Of a stretch of 64,000 bases of DNA, positions 1-15,000 are shown piece by piece; position 1 is the stretch's first letter, and each line of letters starts with the position of its first letter. The stretch spans positions 6,200,001 to 6,264,000 of the forward strand of contig CP075495.1 in the NCBI GenBank assembly GCA_021613535.1. The letters run 5' to 3'. The stretch is from Adineta vaga (taxonomy: Eukaryota; Animalia; Rotifera). A program made the position numbers and the translations under genes. The notes under the pieces were generated by a model, which did not search any database, was not told the DNA's origin, and was given only the letters and a program-made list of their open reading frames with translations.

Positions 1-23
1 TATTAATTACTTGTCTTTTCAAG

Positions 24-3000
24 GTCAACAAATTTATTCAATTGATAATGAAAAACAAATCAATAATACAATTTCAACGAAACATGATGAGTCAGAAAAA
101 GAGGACGACGAACAATCAAGTACAACTGGACCGACTGTACAAGAACTTGATAAAGATGAACATATTACAGGAAAAGATACGGATGAAGATGCGTCATTTA
201 GTGAGAGTGAACAAATATCATCTCAGTCTATCAAGTCAGATACACCTCAACAATCAGATCATGTAATACAACCAACGACAACAACAACAGCAACAATAAT
301 CGATGAACTTCGTCCTTCACCTTTACCTTCTATAGAACTACTAGAAGATGAAAAGAAAACTATTGCTGAAACTACAGACTTATTGATTAGTGAACTTGAT
401 GATATAGAAGCTCAGTTGAAATCGATTGAATCAGAAGAACAACAATTGGAAACTATGCTCGATCAAAACGTAAAAGAATATTCAAGTACAAAAAAATTTG
501 TTTTTTTAATTCTTCTTTTTTTCTTAGGAAACGGAAGATATATCTACAAGCGAAGATCAAACAACCTCCGCTGGAACTGTTCCATCGATTACACCTGAAA
601 AAGCTATATTGTCGGTAACAATCGATGATGAACATGATACTGAAGAAGATCTTCGACCATTTCTAAATTCTCTAACAGCTCATCTAATGCCAGAATTGCC
701 AAGATCATTTGAAGACGAAACTGAAGATGAACTATCATTTATGTCTGAAACAAAATCGTCAGAAGAACCGATTTCTCAAGAAGATCAAGTCCTCAACTCT
801 GGAGTACAACAAACAAAAGAAAAAACATCGACACAATCTCATCAACATATTCCATCAGAACAAATCGAAGCAAAGTAAATAAAAAAGTCAACAGTCTTCT
901 TTCTTCTTCTTCATTTTTTCAATTACATCACTTGAATTTTGACTTTTTTTGTTTGATTCAGAACTCAAGATCAACTACCAAAAGATCAAACGATTGTTCA
1001 TGTACAAGAAACCGAACAAGAACAAGAACAGAAAGAAAATTCTTCTTCGATCATTGATACAAGTGCTAGTACGGTTTCATATGTTCAAGAAACAAGCTTA
1101 CATAAACAAGAACCAACGACGAAAGAAATATCACATTCAATTGATTCTTCTGTCCATAGTGCCGAACAAATAATAACAACTGATAAGACACCTCAAGATC
1201 GAAAAGAACAAGAACCAATTTCTCTAACTTCTTCCAATCAACTACAATCAAAAGAAATAACATCTGAAGAAATACAAGAGGTGACAGAAGAACAATCGGA
1301 TAATGTCAAATCTCTTACTGATATTGTTCGCCAAATAAATACTCAACCTTCGAATCAAGTAGAAGATAAATTATCGTCTCTTGATTCCAATGTCGAGCGT
1401 ACTCAATCCGTTAACACATCTGAAGAACAGAAACAATCAATTTCTAACACCTCATCTACAACTGATGAAACTATTGAAAGAAGAACATCTATTGATCGTC
1501 AACCAACAACTGAATTTAAATCAACAAAAGCATCTGATGAACATATACCATCAGATTCTCTCGTTGATGTTGTTCGTCAGATTCGTGCTATACCACAAAT
1601 CACTCGTCTTCCATTTACTGATAATAGACCAGAAACTGCTGATCTTATAGAACAAAAACTTGAGAAACCGTCCGTTGATTATCATGTAGATATTATAGAA
1701 ACAAATGAAAGCATTCCATATGAACCGGTGACAATACCCGAAGAACATGTATTATCCACAACAGATAAAAGACGATCTATCACAGAAACAATGTCAACAC
1801 CGATTTCTGAAAATACAGAGCAAGAAACGCAAGCTGAACGTCTTTCAACTGAAGCACCATTAACTACACAATCTCCATCAATAGATACGACAATAGAAAG
1901 CATTGTATCCATAGAAAAACAAAATGAAAAACAACCATTAATTAAATCATTTGATGAAAATATCAACAACAATACAGAGTTAGTTATTTTCTTCTTTTGT
2001 TACGGTTAAATTGTTAATTATTGTTTTAGTAGTAGACAACAACTATTGCCCGGTCAACAATCTACACAAACTTCTGATCTTTCAATAATAAAAAAACATG
2101 TTACTGATGAATTGGTCACAGATGTTATTCCAATTAGTACCCAGTTCATAGAACAAACAACACGTGACAAACATCAATCATCAATTCAAGATAAAATCAA
2201 TGAAGATGTAGCTGAACGTTTGTCAACTGTTGCAGTAACTGAAGCCGTTGATGAACTTCTCACAAGGCCATCGGTTGCTGAGAAACCGATAGATGAAACG
2301 AACACAGATATTGCTTATGTGACAGATTCAACGATCAAATCCGAAGCACTTTCGTCTCCATTCACATCAACAATTACAGCAGAAAAACAAACATTGCAAG
2401 AATCTGATGAAGCTGAAATAACGATAGATAATGAAGATCAAACTAAAACAAATATAGCAACTGATGTTGAATTAAAAGATTCAGAAATCATCGAACAAAA
2501 AACTTCTATATCAACTACCGATGTTCAACCATTATCATCTGATATTGAAAAAGATGTCAATCGCACCGAAGTACGGCGATTATCGAAAACATCACCTTCA
2601 ACAGAACTTATTGAAGAAGCATCAAGCAAAAAGACAACCGGCGAAGTGACAGCAGAAAAGCCATCTTATGATCAAACAACAACAACAACTACAACAATAC
2701 AAGACACAGATAGTCATCGAGACGAAGTAGAACCTTTTCGTGAATCCACAGCTGTAGTGAAAAACGTTGAAGACCATATATCCAAATATCATGAACCAAC
2801 TGACAATGAGTCTATAGCTCAGCATCTATCACCAGAAGCGCTAACCAGTACAGATGAAAAAATTGATTCAACATCACTTGTTCTTCAACCTGCCTTAACA
2901 AGAAGCGAAGAAATAGAACATCCCTATGAAACTCCATCCACCATTTCACCTAATCAGACAGATACACCATCGAAACAAACAAATGTCGACCTAACTGAAA

Positions 3001-6000
3001 CAATTACAACAATAACGACGACTGATCGTCGACCATCAGAGGAAGACGATGCCCAAGACATTGAAGCTGAACGTTTATCTACGGAAGCATTAACAGATGC
3101 TGTTCGTAAAATCATTTCATCGTCATCACCAACATATCCTCCGTCGACTGCATTGGAAACAACGAAAACATCAGAACCTAAAGAAAAAGATGCTGAATAT
3201 CAAGATGAAACACTGTCCACTCTGTCGCCCAAAGACACTAATGAAGAATCAAAAGAAACAGTATATTCATCCACATCAATTAGTGAAGAACAAAAACCAG
3301 AAGGAACTAGTAGCATAACTGAAACGATCACGACAGCAACTCCAACTGATCGTCGACCATCAGAGGAAGATGATGCCCAAAAAGTTGAAGCTGAAAACCT
3401 ATCAAGAGAGGCATTAACAGATGCTGTTCGTGAAATCATTTCATCATCATCACCAACATATCCTCCATCGGCTGAATCTGAAACTGAAACGAAAACTTCA
3501 ATCACGATGGATAAACAAGCTGAACATCGAGATGAAACACCGTTGACTCAGTCACCCAACGGAACTGATCAACAATCGAAGGAAACAACCATTGACAAAA
3601 GTGAAACTGTCACAAAAACAACTTCAACGGATCGTCGGCAATCACTGAAAGACGATGCTCAAGAAAGTGAAGCTGAACGTTTATCTACAGAAGCATTAAC
3701 AGATGCTGTTCGAAAAATCATTTCATCATCGTCACCAACATATCCTCCACCAGTTGAAACAGAAACCGAGAAAGTATCGAAGAGTACAGAAAAAGAAGCT
3801 GAAAATCTGTCGACAGATGCATTAACGAATGCTGTTCGTGAAATTCTTGCTTCACCACGATCGGCATATCCTCCATCGACTGAATCGGAAATCGGAACAG
3901 AAACTTCAATACCCACGGATAAAGAAGCTGAACATCAAGATGAAACACCTTTGTCTCTGTCACCAAACCAGACTACTGAAGAATTAAAAGAAATAACAGA
4001 TTTATCTACCTCAGTTACGGAAGAACGAAAACCGGAAATAACCATTGACAAAACTGAAACTGTCACGGTAACAAGTTCAACTGATCGTCGTCCATCAGAC
4101 AAAGAAGATAACCAACAGATTGAAGCAGAGCATCTCTCAACCGAAGCATTAACAGATGCTGTTGATGAGATTCTTGTTTCCTCATTGCTTGCTCACCGTC
4201 CACCTGTGGAAGCTGAAACTCTGAAAACAACAGTAATCTCAGAAAAAGAAGCAGAACATCTGTCAACAGAAGCATTAACGGATGCTGTCCGTGAAATCCT
4301 TACTTCTCAACAGGTTCGACATCCACCAGGGAACGCATTGGAAATTGAAAAGAAAACTACAAGTACTGAAAAAGCAGATGAAAATGATGAAGAAAGTCTA
4401 TCATCTACTTCAACTACTCAGACTAATGCGCCATCGAATGAAACAACATCTCTATCCACATCAATGAATGAAGAACAACAACAACCAGAAGGAACCAGTA
4501 CCATAAATGAAGCAGTCACAACAACAACAACTGAAACAGATCGTCGACCGTCAGACAAAGACGATGCTCAAGAAGTTGAAGCTGAACGTTTATCTACAGA
4601 AGCCTTAACGGATACTGTTCGCAAAATTATTTCATCGTCATCACCAATACATCCTCCATCAGTTGAACCGGAAACCGAGAATGTATCGAAGGGCATAGAA
4701 AAACAAACTGAGAATCTGTCAACAGAAGCATTAACAGATGCAGTTCGAAAAATCATTTCATCATCATCACCAACATATCCTCCATCAATCGAACCAGAAA
4801 CCGAGAAAGTATCGAAGAGTACAGAAAAAGAAGCTGAAAACCTATCAAGAGAGGCATTAACAGATGCTGTTCGTGAAATCATTTCATCATCATCACCAAC
4901 ATATCCTCCATCGGCTGAATCTGAAACTGAAACGAAAACTTCAATCACGATGGATAAACAAGCTGAACATCAAGATGAAACACCGTTGACTCAGTCACCC
5001 AACGGAACTGATCAACAATCGAAGGAAACAACTATTGACAAAAGTGAAACTGTCACAAAAACAACTTCAACGGATCGTCGGCAATCACTGAAAGACGATG
5101 CTCAAGAAAGTGAAGCTGAACGATTATCTACAGAAGCATTAACAGATGCTGTTCGAAAAATCATTTCATCATCGTCACCAACATATTCTCCATCAGTTGA
5201 ACCAGAAACCGAGAAAGTATCGAAGAGTACAGAACAAGAGTCTGAAAATCTATCGACAGATGCATTAACGGATGCTGTTCGTGACATTCTTGCTTCACCA
5301 CGATCGGCATATCCTCCATCGACTGAATCGGAAATCGGAACAGAAACTTCAATACCCACGGATAAAGAAACTGAACATCAAGATGAAACACCGTCTAATA
5401 TTTCGCTCAACGAGACTAATGAAGAATTGAAAAAAACAACATCTCTACCCACATCAATGAATGAAGAACAAAAACCAGAAGGAATTAGTAGCATAACTGA
5501 AACGATCACGACAGCAACTTCAACTGATCGTCGATCATCATATAAAGACGATGCCCAAGAAAGTGAAGCTGAACGTTTATCTACAGAAGCATTAACAGAT
5601 GCAGTTCGAAAAATCATTTCATCATCATCACCAACATATCCTCCATCAATCGAACCTGTAAATGAGAATGCATTCAAGAGTACAGAAAAAGAAGCTGATA
5701 ATCTGTCGACAGATGCATTAACGAATGCTGTTCGTGAAATTCTTTCAACTCCGAATAATATTCGCTGTACAACACCAGTTCTTATGAAAAGGGAACATCA
5801 AGATGATACATCATCTGTTGATGCACATCTACAAACTGTGGAGACAACAACTACGAAGTCAAGTTCAGAAGATCATCGATCCTCAATGGATGAGAGAGAA
5901 AAAGAAGTCGAAGCTGAGCCTCTATCATCAGAAGCATTGGTTGAAGCTGTTCGAGAAATTCGCGCAACACCACTGAAGGTTCAGCCATCAACAAAGGAGA

Positions 6001-9000
6001 GTATTGAAGACCATGAAGAGGCAGCTTATGAACCACGATCGTCTGTATTTGAACAAATTATAACAACATCACCATTATTAGAAACTGAGAAAAGTCAACG
6101 AGATGTAATTGAATCAGACAATAAAACATCAACTGTCGTAGAAGCGGTTAAGAAAACAACATCGATTCAAGAAGAGACAGTCAGAAGACAAAGACGTTTC
6201 ATCTGAAGTATTAGCAGATACTGTCCAAGAAACTCCTATTATATCATCAGCCCTTCATCCAGTATTATTGGATTCAAAAGCCGAGAAAATAACCGATCAG
6301 ATTGAATTACAAACACCAACATCAGAACAACAGCTTCAAGAAAAAGATGAAGAGAAATCTCCTAAAGAAGCAACAATAGAAGAAAATCAAGCGATTCAGG
6401 AGGAAGAAACAAAAGAAATTGAAGCTGAACGCCTGTCAACAGAAGTATTAACTAATGCTGTTCCTGAAATCATTTCAAAATCATTGGATATTCATCATCC
6501 ATCAGTTGATTCCATAGTTCAGGAAACAACTACAACCGTTTTGGAACAATCTGAAAAAGCATCCGCACTATCGACTATTCCGATACTTGACGAAATCAAA
6601 GTAACAACAGATAAAACTATATCTCTTGATGAATCGACAGTATCAGATATTAAATCAGAAGATTCTCTAACAGTCGAATCCACTCCTGATGAACAAATTG
6701 TATCAGAGAAAACAACCGAAGACGAAGCACCGATAAAAACGATAGAACCAGTATCAACATCGAACGAATCAGTAGTTCAAAAAACTGGTACACAAGAAAC
6801 ACACGAGGAATTGAGGTAAGACTAGATATTATCCGTTGCGATGCGTTATTGAATAATATCGGTTCATATTTCTTTAGTACTCAATTACCAGAGACGAAAG
6901 AACAAGTTGACTCGTCGCTTCGTGAACAAACACCAATAGATCATCATTTTCAAGATTCTCGAACAGTTGTGGATGTTCAAGAAGATCAAGATCATATCGA
7001 TTCAACATTGCAGCAAACAGCTGAACAGTATCAACATGTACCTGTTGCAGAGAATATTGAAGAAGAACTAGCTGAACGTATTTCGACGGATGTAATCGTG
7101 GATGCTGTTGAGCAGATCTTGACTACATCAATTAAACAAGAATTTGACTCGGAAAATGCAAAACAAGATGCAATGTCAACATCGTCACCAACAACCACTA
7201 CTAATACAGAAGCCATTATTGAAGATCACAAGCCAACGCCTGTTGATACAACAGAAGAAACTATGGCTGAACAATCATTATCTACTTCATCATCCAAAGC
7301 TGTCGAAGATATTGCTATCCATCCAGAACAACAATCCACTTCCTTAGATGTGCATGAAAAATCATCAGTAATAAGTGAGAAATCTTCGATGGAGCATGAT
7401 GAAGCCACTACGTCAGTTGCAGAAAAATCAGCAGAAGAAGATAAAAAACCAATTGAAGCAGTATTAGAAAAGACTGTAGATGAAACTCTATCCACTGAAT
7501 ATCCTACCGATATAGTCCATCATGCATTGACGACACCACTCAATGATCATGTACCTTCCGTAACTGCAGTCAGCGAAGAAAAAATTGAACAACCATCGAT
7601 AGAATCATTACAATCGTCTTCTAAACAAGTAATATCAACTGTAATCCCATCTATCACAATCACCGAAGAAGAAGAAGAAGAACCAGAAGAGGAACAGCAG
7701 CAACAGCAAATAACAGATACTGATATTCAACAACCTAAATTAGAACTAACAACGAAAACAATATCTGAAGAAGACGAAACACAAGAAAATGAAGCTGAAC
7801 GTCTATCATCACATGCATTGACCGAAGCTGTTGAGGAAATTCATTCAACTACAGAAGAAAAACCACTGCAACGTGAGGAACTTCCAGAAATACAAAAATC
7901 CGATGCAATTGTACTTACTCCTGATGCTACAACGACAATAAGTTTCGAAGATCATCGTACATTTCCAGATGATGTAAGCAATCAAGTGAAAGTTGAAGAT
8001 CTATCATCAGACGCATTAACACAAGTTGTTCAAGAAATGTTGGCAAAACCACTAATTGCTCATCATCCAACAGTCGATTCTTCTATTCAGAAAACAACAG
8101 TTATAAATGAAGACAAAGTTGAAAAACAATCATCTTCAGAATCATTGACCTCAACATTAGAACAACAATCAGATATAGCATCAAACGAAGTTGAGCAATT
8201 AAGTAAAGAAACATTGATTGAAGAGACAACTCAAGCAACAACACCAGAACTACTCCAGCAATCGTCACAGAATGATAAATCAAGAGAAACTGAAGCTGAA
8301 AATTTGTCGTCACAAGTATTAACAGAAATTGTTCATGAAAATCTTGCTACATCGCTTAATGCAGATCGTCCATCCGTTCATGAGACAACAGTAAATAGTA
8401 ATGAAATAGAACGGCAAAACGAAGCACCATCGATCGATTCTCTAGTCAGAATTGCTCAACACATAAAAGATACAATGCCCCAAGAAGTAGTTATCACAAA
8501 AGATCAAGTATCGGATGAAGCCGCTAAAGAAGCTAAAACTGACCAGTTAACCTCAGAATCATTGACAGAAGCTATGCATGAAATTCTTTCAACACCGATC
8601 AATGTCACACAACCATCAGTTGACTCTATAGTCGAGAAAACAACGACAACGGCAACTACTATTGAAGAAGAAATCCCATCAACACCTGGTCAAGAGGTGC
8701 AACAACAAATACAGCAGAAAGATTCACAAGAGAATAAACTAACATCTGAAGATCTTTCATTACTTAATGAACAGAAAAAAATTGAAGTTATAGCTGAGCA
8801 TCTGTCATCAGAAGCATTAACACAAGCTGTTCGTGAAGTACTTGCAATACCACCAGTGCAAACACTTACTGTAAGTCTTCCAAGTATCGATGCTGAAACC
8901 CAAAATACTGTATCTAATGATCAACAAAATACAGATGACATCATTGAGGATAAAACAATAGTTGAAAGTCAATTATCATCTTCAATTACAAAAGAAACTC

Positions 9001-12000
9001 GAGAAGAAGAAGAAGTTCTGCCAATCGATGCTCTTACTGAAACAGTACGCCAGATTTTGGTATCACCTGCGTCCGTTCAACATTCAACGGAATTAACTCC
9101 TTTATCGGATGAAGCTAAGAAAGAAGCAACTATTCAGTCAATAATAATACCATCAGAAGAAGTAACCACAGTTTTAATTTCGTCTACGCCAACAAAGGAA
9201 GTAAAATCAGCAACTGATCTCTCACCGATTAATGAGACTAAACAAGAAGTAACGTCTGAAGATCGTCAACCATCCTTAGAAAAGGTACCCGAAGAAGTGG
9301 AAGCGGAACGTTTATCAATAGATGCCCTAACCGAAACTGTTCGTTTGATCTTAGCAACACCATTAACAATTCATCTTCCATCGACAGATATCAAAATAAA
9401 ATCTGGTGATGCTGTTGAAGAAACAACTGTTGAAAGTGAAGTACCCATTACTGAAGATAAAGAGACACAAAAAGAGCATGAAGTTGTTGCAAGACTTGAG
9501 ACATCAGAATCAACTGTTCCTTCTTCGACGACTGAAGTTGATATAACAGCATCAACAGAGAAGAATATTACTGACGTTCATGAAGAAGAAAAACCATCAT
9601 CTGATTCTCTATCTGAAATTACTCGGCAAATTTTAGCTTCTCATCTTAAAACAGAAGAAGCGCCAGTTCACTCACAACGCAATGAATATTTTGAAGAAGA
9701 TTCTCTTGCAAGCAAATTGATTCCTGAACAGGAAACTGTCTCCACTGAACTACAAGTACCTCATCATTCAGATGTTTCCTCAATATCTACCACAAATTCC
9801 GGTGATGAACCATTGCATGATATCGATAGTCAATCGATTTCTTCATCATTCAATACAATAGCTGATGATGTTATTACTAAAGCCATCAGTAATGCACATC
9901 ATTTACTTGGTCAATCAATAGAACCATCTTCTTCCACAGAAGATATCATACACAAAATTGATTCAAATAAAACTACAACCAACGATAAAGAAGAAGAATC
10001 ATATGATGATTATCATTCAACATCTGGTTTGACGAATATTGTTAATACAATACTGAATGTACCAAATCAAATCTTCCCAGAAGTATCTGTTCCTTATGAA
10101 GAGAATAAAAATATTGTTACTCCTAAATCTGATTTTGGTGAAAAAGTCAATACCAACGAACTTAATAATATTATTGATACAGCAACAAAAATCCTAAATA
10201 GCCCAGTATATACACCAGAACAATCTGACACAAGTGAAGATGTCTCTCTACAACGTGCCAGTGCCGATCAAGATACTACTAATGACGTTAATGAACCATT
10301 GACATTTTTCGTTCCACAAATTTCAACTATATCGGAAAAGAATTTCAGAGAATTGTACGAACAACGTCACTTCGTGTCTCCTATAGATGATGATGATGAT
10401 TTAACAACTGAATTTGCTCCGCTCGATAGACAAGAATCAATGCAATCAACTACATCTATTGATGAAAAGAAACTTATTCCAACTTCACCATTAGCATATT
10501 ATGAATTGCAAGAGCAACGTCATACATTGATGTCTCCACAGCAATCAGTTACAAGTGAGAAAAATGAAACAAGCGCTCCTTCGTTAACGACATGGACCAC
10601 TGTTCAATCACGAATTGATTATGAAACACCAGAAAAGAAACAAGAAACATCCGATATTCAACTTGATGATCAAGCTTATGAACTTGCTCGACGTTTCGAT
10701 TTAGAATCACCTTCAATAATATCAAATTTACCTATTCGAGAATATCGACAAGTATTTGGTATACCTGATGATATTGTTAATACAGTCGACGACATGACAT
10801 ATCATATTGATCGAGTACTTTCAATAGAATCAAAAGATAATCAACAATCAATTACAACGGATGATGTCAAAAGTCGTTTGTCTGAGTCAAGTGAAGAATC
10901 TGATTTGGTGGAAATTTCATCTCTGCCGTCTACTAAAGATGTACCTGTTTCCGATAATATTAAACGAATTACTGAAGCACTTTATGCACTTGAATCTGAT
11001 TTGATTGAACAAGAAGTCAATCTACCAAAACAACAAGAACAACAATCACAAAGTTCAGTATCAAAAACAGTTGAAGGTTTAATTAGTGAATTAGATCATA
11101 TTGAATCTGATCTCCGTTCAACAGCTCTTACTAATGATTTTCGAGAAACACTTGAGCATCAATCCATTGGTTTTCCGTCCAAAGACGAACGTACCGATGA
11201 CAGTGTATCCCTTAGAACAACTGAACAAGAACGTAGCAGTGAACATAAGAATGAAAATAAAGCATCATCACCTAATATCGAATCAATTTCTCGATATTCT
11301 ACATTACTCGATCACATTGATAATTTAGAAAAATCTTTACTTGATTTACAACCATCTTCGTCAGTTGCCAACGAAGAAGAAAAAATAACATCAGAAACTG
11401 ATGACAAGAATGAAGATAATCGTCAATTACATCACCGATACGATACTTTACTTGATCATGTCAATAGACTTGAAGAAGCAATCAATGAAGATCTTTCTCT
11501 GGAAACTAAGCATAGTGATAAACAAAATGATGTACCAGAAGTCGAAAAACCAGTTGAAAATAATATTTATGTTGATAATTTGAGTCAAACAATGGAACAG
11601 ATACTTGCTACACCTATGCGAACAGTTATGAATCCATACGAAAAACTGGCGCATGAACAGTCAACTGTTGAACCAGGTCTCGAAAGTGTTCTTGAACAAG
11701 TATTAGCAGCAACTCAATATCCAACAGCATATACAAAATTAAGTCCACCAGTAGATACAATTGAATCTGTAGAAAAACAAAAAGAAACACAAAATATTGA
11801 AACTACAGATGAAACAGTTCCTTCAACTACTACGGATGAAGAAGTAATTTTAACTGAAGAAAAAGATTCATCAAATCTTGTCGATAAAGCAAAATCACTT
11901 GTAGCTGAAGTGATATCGAGTATCGCTTCTACTTTACCATCCAGTACATACGAAGAAACTATTCCAGCTGAAATCCCTGCATCTGTGACTGAAGAAACGA

Positions 12001-15000
12001 GTACGACCACTACTATCACTCAATCAACTCCAATCGAGACAGATAAAGATACTGTTATCGTGACATCATCGGAAGAGACGAAACCGATAGAAGATATCGA
12101 ACAAGAACACGTTTCATCAACAGGTTTAGTAGATATCATGAAAAGTTTATTACCATCGATATTTCAACCAATAAAACCCGATCAAGACGATTCTGAAGAA
12201 AGCAAACAACCTGTATCAGAACACGAAGACATTGTTTCATCTTCTACAACAACTCAAATTATCGAACCAGTAGTGGAAATTGAATCAAAACAAGAGATGC
12301 CATCCGCAGTATCAAGTTACTTTACTAGCAGTGATGTGTATCATGCATATAAACAACCAATAGAATTTGTCATGACTCCAAAAGAGAAATCTGCTATTAT
12401 AGAAAAGACAACAGCCACTGAAGAATTAATAGTTTATGCCGACACTCAATCTACTCCAAATATTACAGAAGAAGAAGATGATGATGCTGATGGAGAACTA
12501 TCATCAGAAGGTTTAGCAGAAATTATGAAAAACCTTTTACCACATAGTCTTCGCTCAATTCAATCCGATGAGAATACTTTTGAAGATCTAAATGCATCAA
12601 TCGAAGATGATCAAGATAGCATGTCATCATCGATGACGGGAACAACGATACGAAGTATATCAGAAGAAGATAGTATAAGAATGAATCAAACAACAATGGA
12701 ATCATCATCGAAAGATGAAAAATTAAGTCAAATTTCAGGCTATTTTACTAGTAGTGATGTTTATCATGCTTATAAACAACCAATAGAACCAATCATTCAA
12801 GAAGAAGATACATCATCTCTTTCTGAAAGAGCTACCTCAATGGTTGCTGACATACTATCTAGTGTTGCAAGTATTTTACCTACATTTAAATCATCTGAGG
12901 AAATAATTTCTTCGGATAACAAAGTTCTATCTGATAAACAAGATGTTTCAACTGCTGATTCGACACTATTAGATGAAACGATTCCATCTGCAATCGTTAC
13001 TAATGAAGAAAAATCTGACATTACAATAACATCAGTTTCAGATCAAAACTTGCCTAGTGACACTTCACTGAACAGTACGAAAACTTCTGCAGAGGAACCA
13101 ATTTCAAGTTTTGTGCCTGCGTATTTTACTAGTAACGATGTTTATTATGCATATAAACAACCAGCTATAGAACAGAAAGATGAGTTATCTCTTGTGGAAA
13201 AGGCAACAGCTATTGTTAAAGACATTATTTCTGGTATAACTGATGTATTACCAACAACAACAGAAACAACTGAAGAATCAACTATTGCTCATGAAGATCA
13301 CCTCATTTCGCCTGTCTCCAAAGAAGAAAGTGATGTTGAACAACAAATATCTACTGCAAGTTTAGTAGAAATAATGAAAAATCTCTTACCACATAGTCTC
13401 CGACCGATTCAATCTGATATTAACACATCAGAAGAATTAGGTTCATTGACAGAAGATGATCAAGATAGTATGTCATCATCAATAACAGGAACAACAGTAC
13501 GAACCATATCAGAAGAAGATTTGACAAGAATAACTCAATCATCAATGGAGACAACAACACCAGTACCTGGTGATCTTAGTAGTAGTGATATTTATCATCC
13601 ATATGAACAAGAATTAAGATCTGCAATTAAAACACCGGACTCTGCAGAAATCATTGATAGAGAGAAACCAGTTGATATTGATATTACATCCAGCACAACT
13701 GATGAAACACAATTTTCTGCCGATACAAGTTTATCCGATGAGCAAACAGATCAATCTAGGATGACAACGACTGCATCAACGATCTCTCATGATTTAACAC
13801 TATTTGAAGATTCTACAGCTACGACAACAAATGTAGAAGATGTTGTTGAAGCAACATCATCGACAGGACTTTTAGAAATCATGAAAAGTTTTCTACCAAT
13901 GACTAATCGAACGACGGCAACAGCTAGAAGAAGTTCTCACGAACAGAGTACAACTGTGGATGAAAAAGAAGAAGCTATCATGTCACCAATTACAGAAACA
14001 GTAGTAACTACAACAACATCGAAAGTTTCCGAAGAACAACTACTAGAAACAAGTGTTCCACCATTGGCAAACAGTTCAGAATATGGTACAATTTCTAGTG
14101 AAATATCAATTGATACAAAAGAAGCTACTGCTGAAGAAAAACATCCTACGGGCGTTATATCTAAACTTGCATCTACTGTAACAGATGCTATCACTACAGC
14201 TCAACATATTTTACCATCAATATTTGCTTCGAACGATGATGTACATGAACAAAAAACACCATTGGAAGGAGATGAAAGAGACAAACCTGAATCTCAAGTA
14301 AGATGATAATTTATACCTTAAATGAATGTTATTTCTTTTTTCTGTTCTAGGTACAAAGAACAGTATCTGAAACACAAGAACATCATGATACAGATGATTT
14401 TATTGATGAAACTGTGTCGAATATTAAGGAAACCGTATCAAATCTTGCTCTATCCAAAGATGAATCGATTGCTTCAGAAATTTCAGCTGATCAACCATTT
14501 GGAACGGATAAAAATATAGAAGAAATTTCAACAGAAGAACAACAGCCAACAGTTATAACTAAAAATATTAGTTCTGATTCTGTCAAAAATATCGAAACAC
14601 ATGATGATGTTGATTCTATAGTTGAGGAAATTTCGAATGATGAATCCGATCAACTAGACACCTTTTCTGATATCACTTCAGTATCAGAAGAAGTGAAACC
14701 ACACTATCAACACCAAGCAAGACTACTTCAATCACTTCAAGTTGTCAATGATGAATATCCATGGTATGCAAGTTATTATACAATTGCTGATGCAGATGCA
14801 AACATGGGTCCTTGTACAAACGATTAAATCGTACACTTGAACAACTTGATCAACGATCTCCTCCAACAACAGTACAATTCGAACCTGAACCGCATGAAAT
14901 TGTAACGACACCAGAGTATGATCGACAAGCATTGGTAGATACTAGAGATACGCGAGAAAAAGTACATGAATTAGCTCAAATGAGTACAAAACATTCACGA

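Noticed and set aside
3200-5677. Repeated minus-strand ORFs (…GGYVGDDDEMI…)
   Set aside because: Antisense shadows of the plus-strand coding repeats.
3020-5750. CRISPR-like array or LTR pair
   Set aside because: Repeats are in-frame coding units with synonymous variation and variable spacing; no cas or retroelement ORFs; eukaryotic context.
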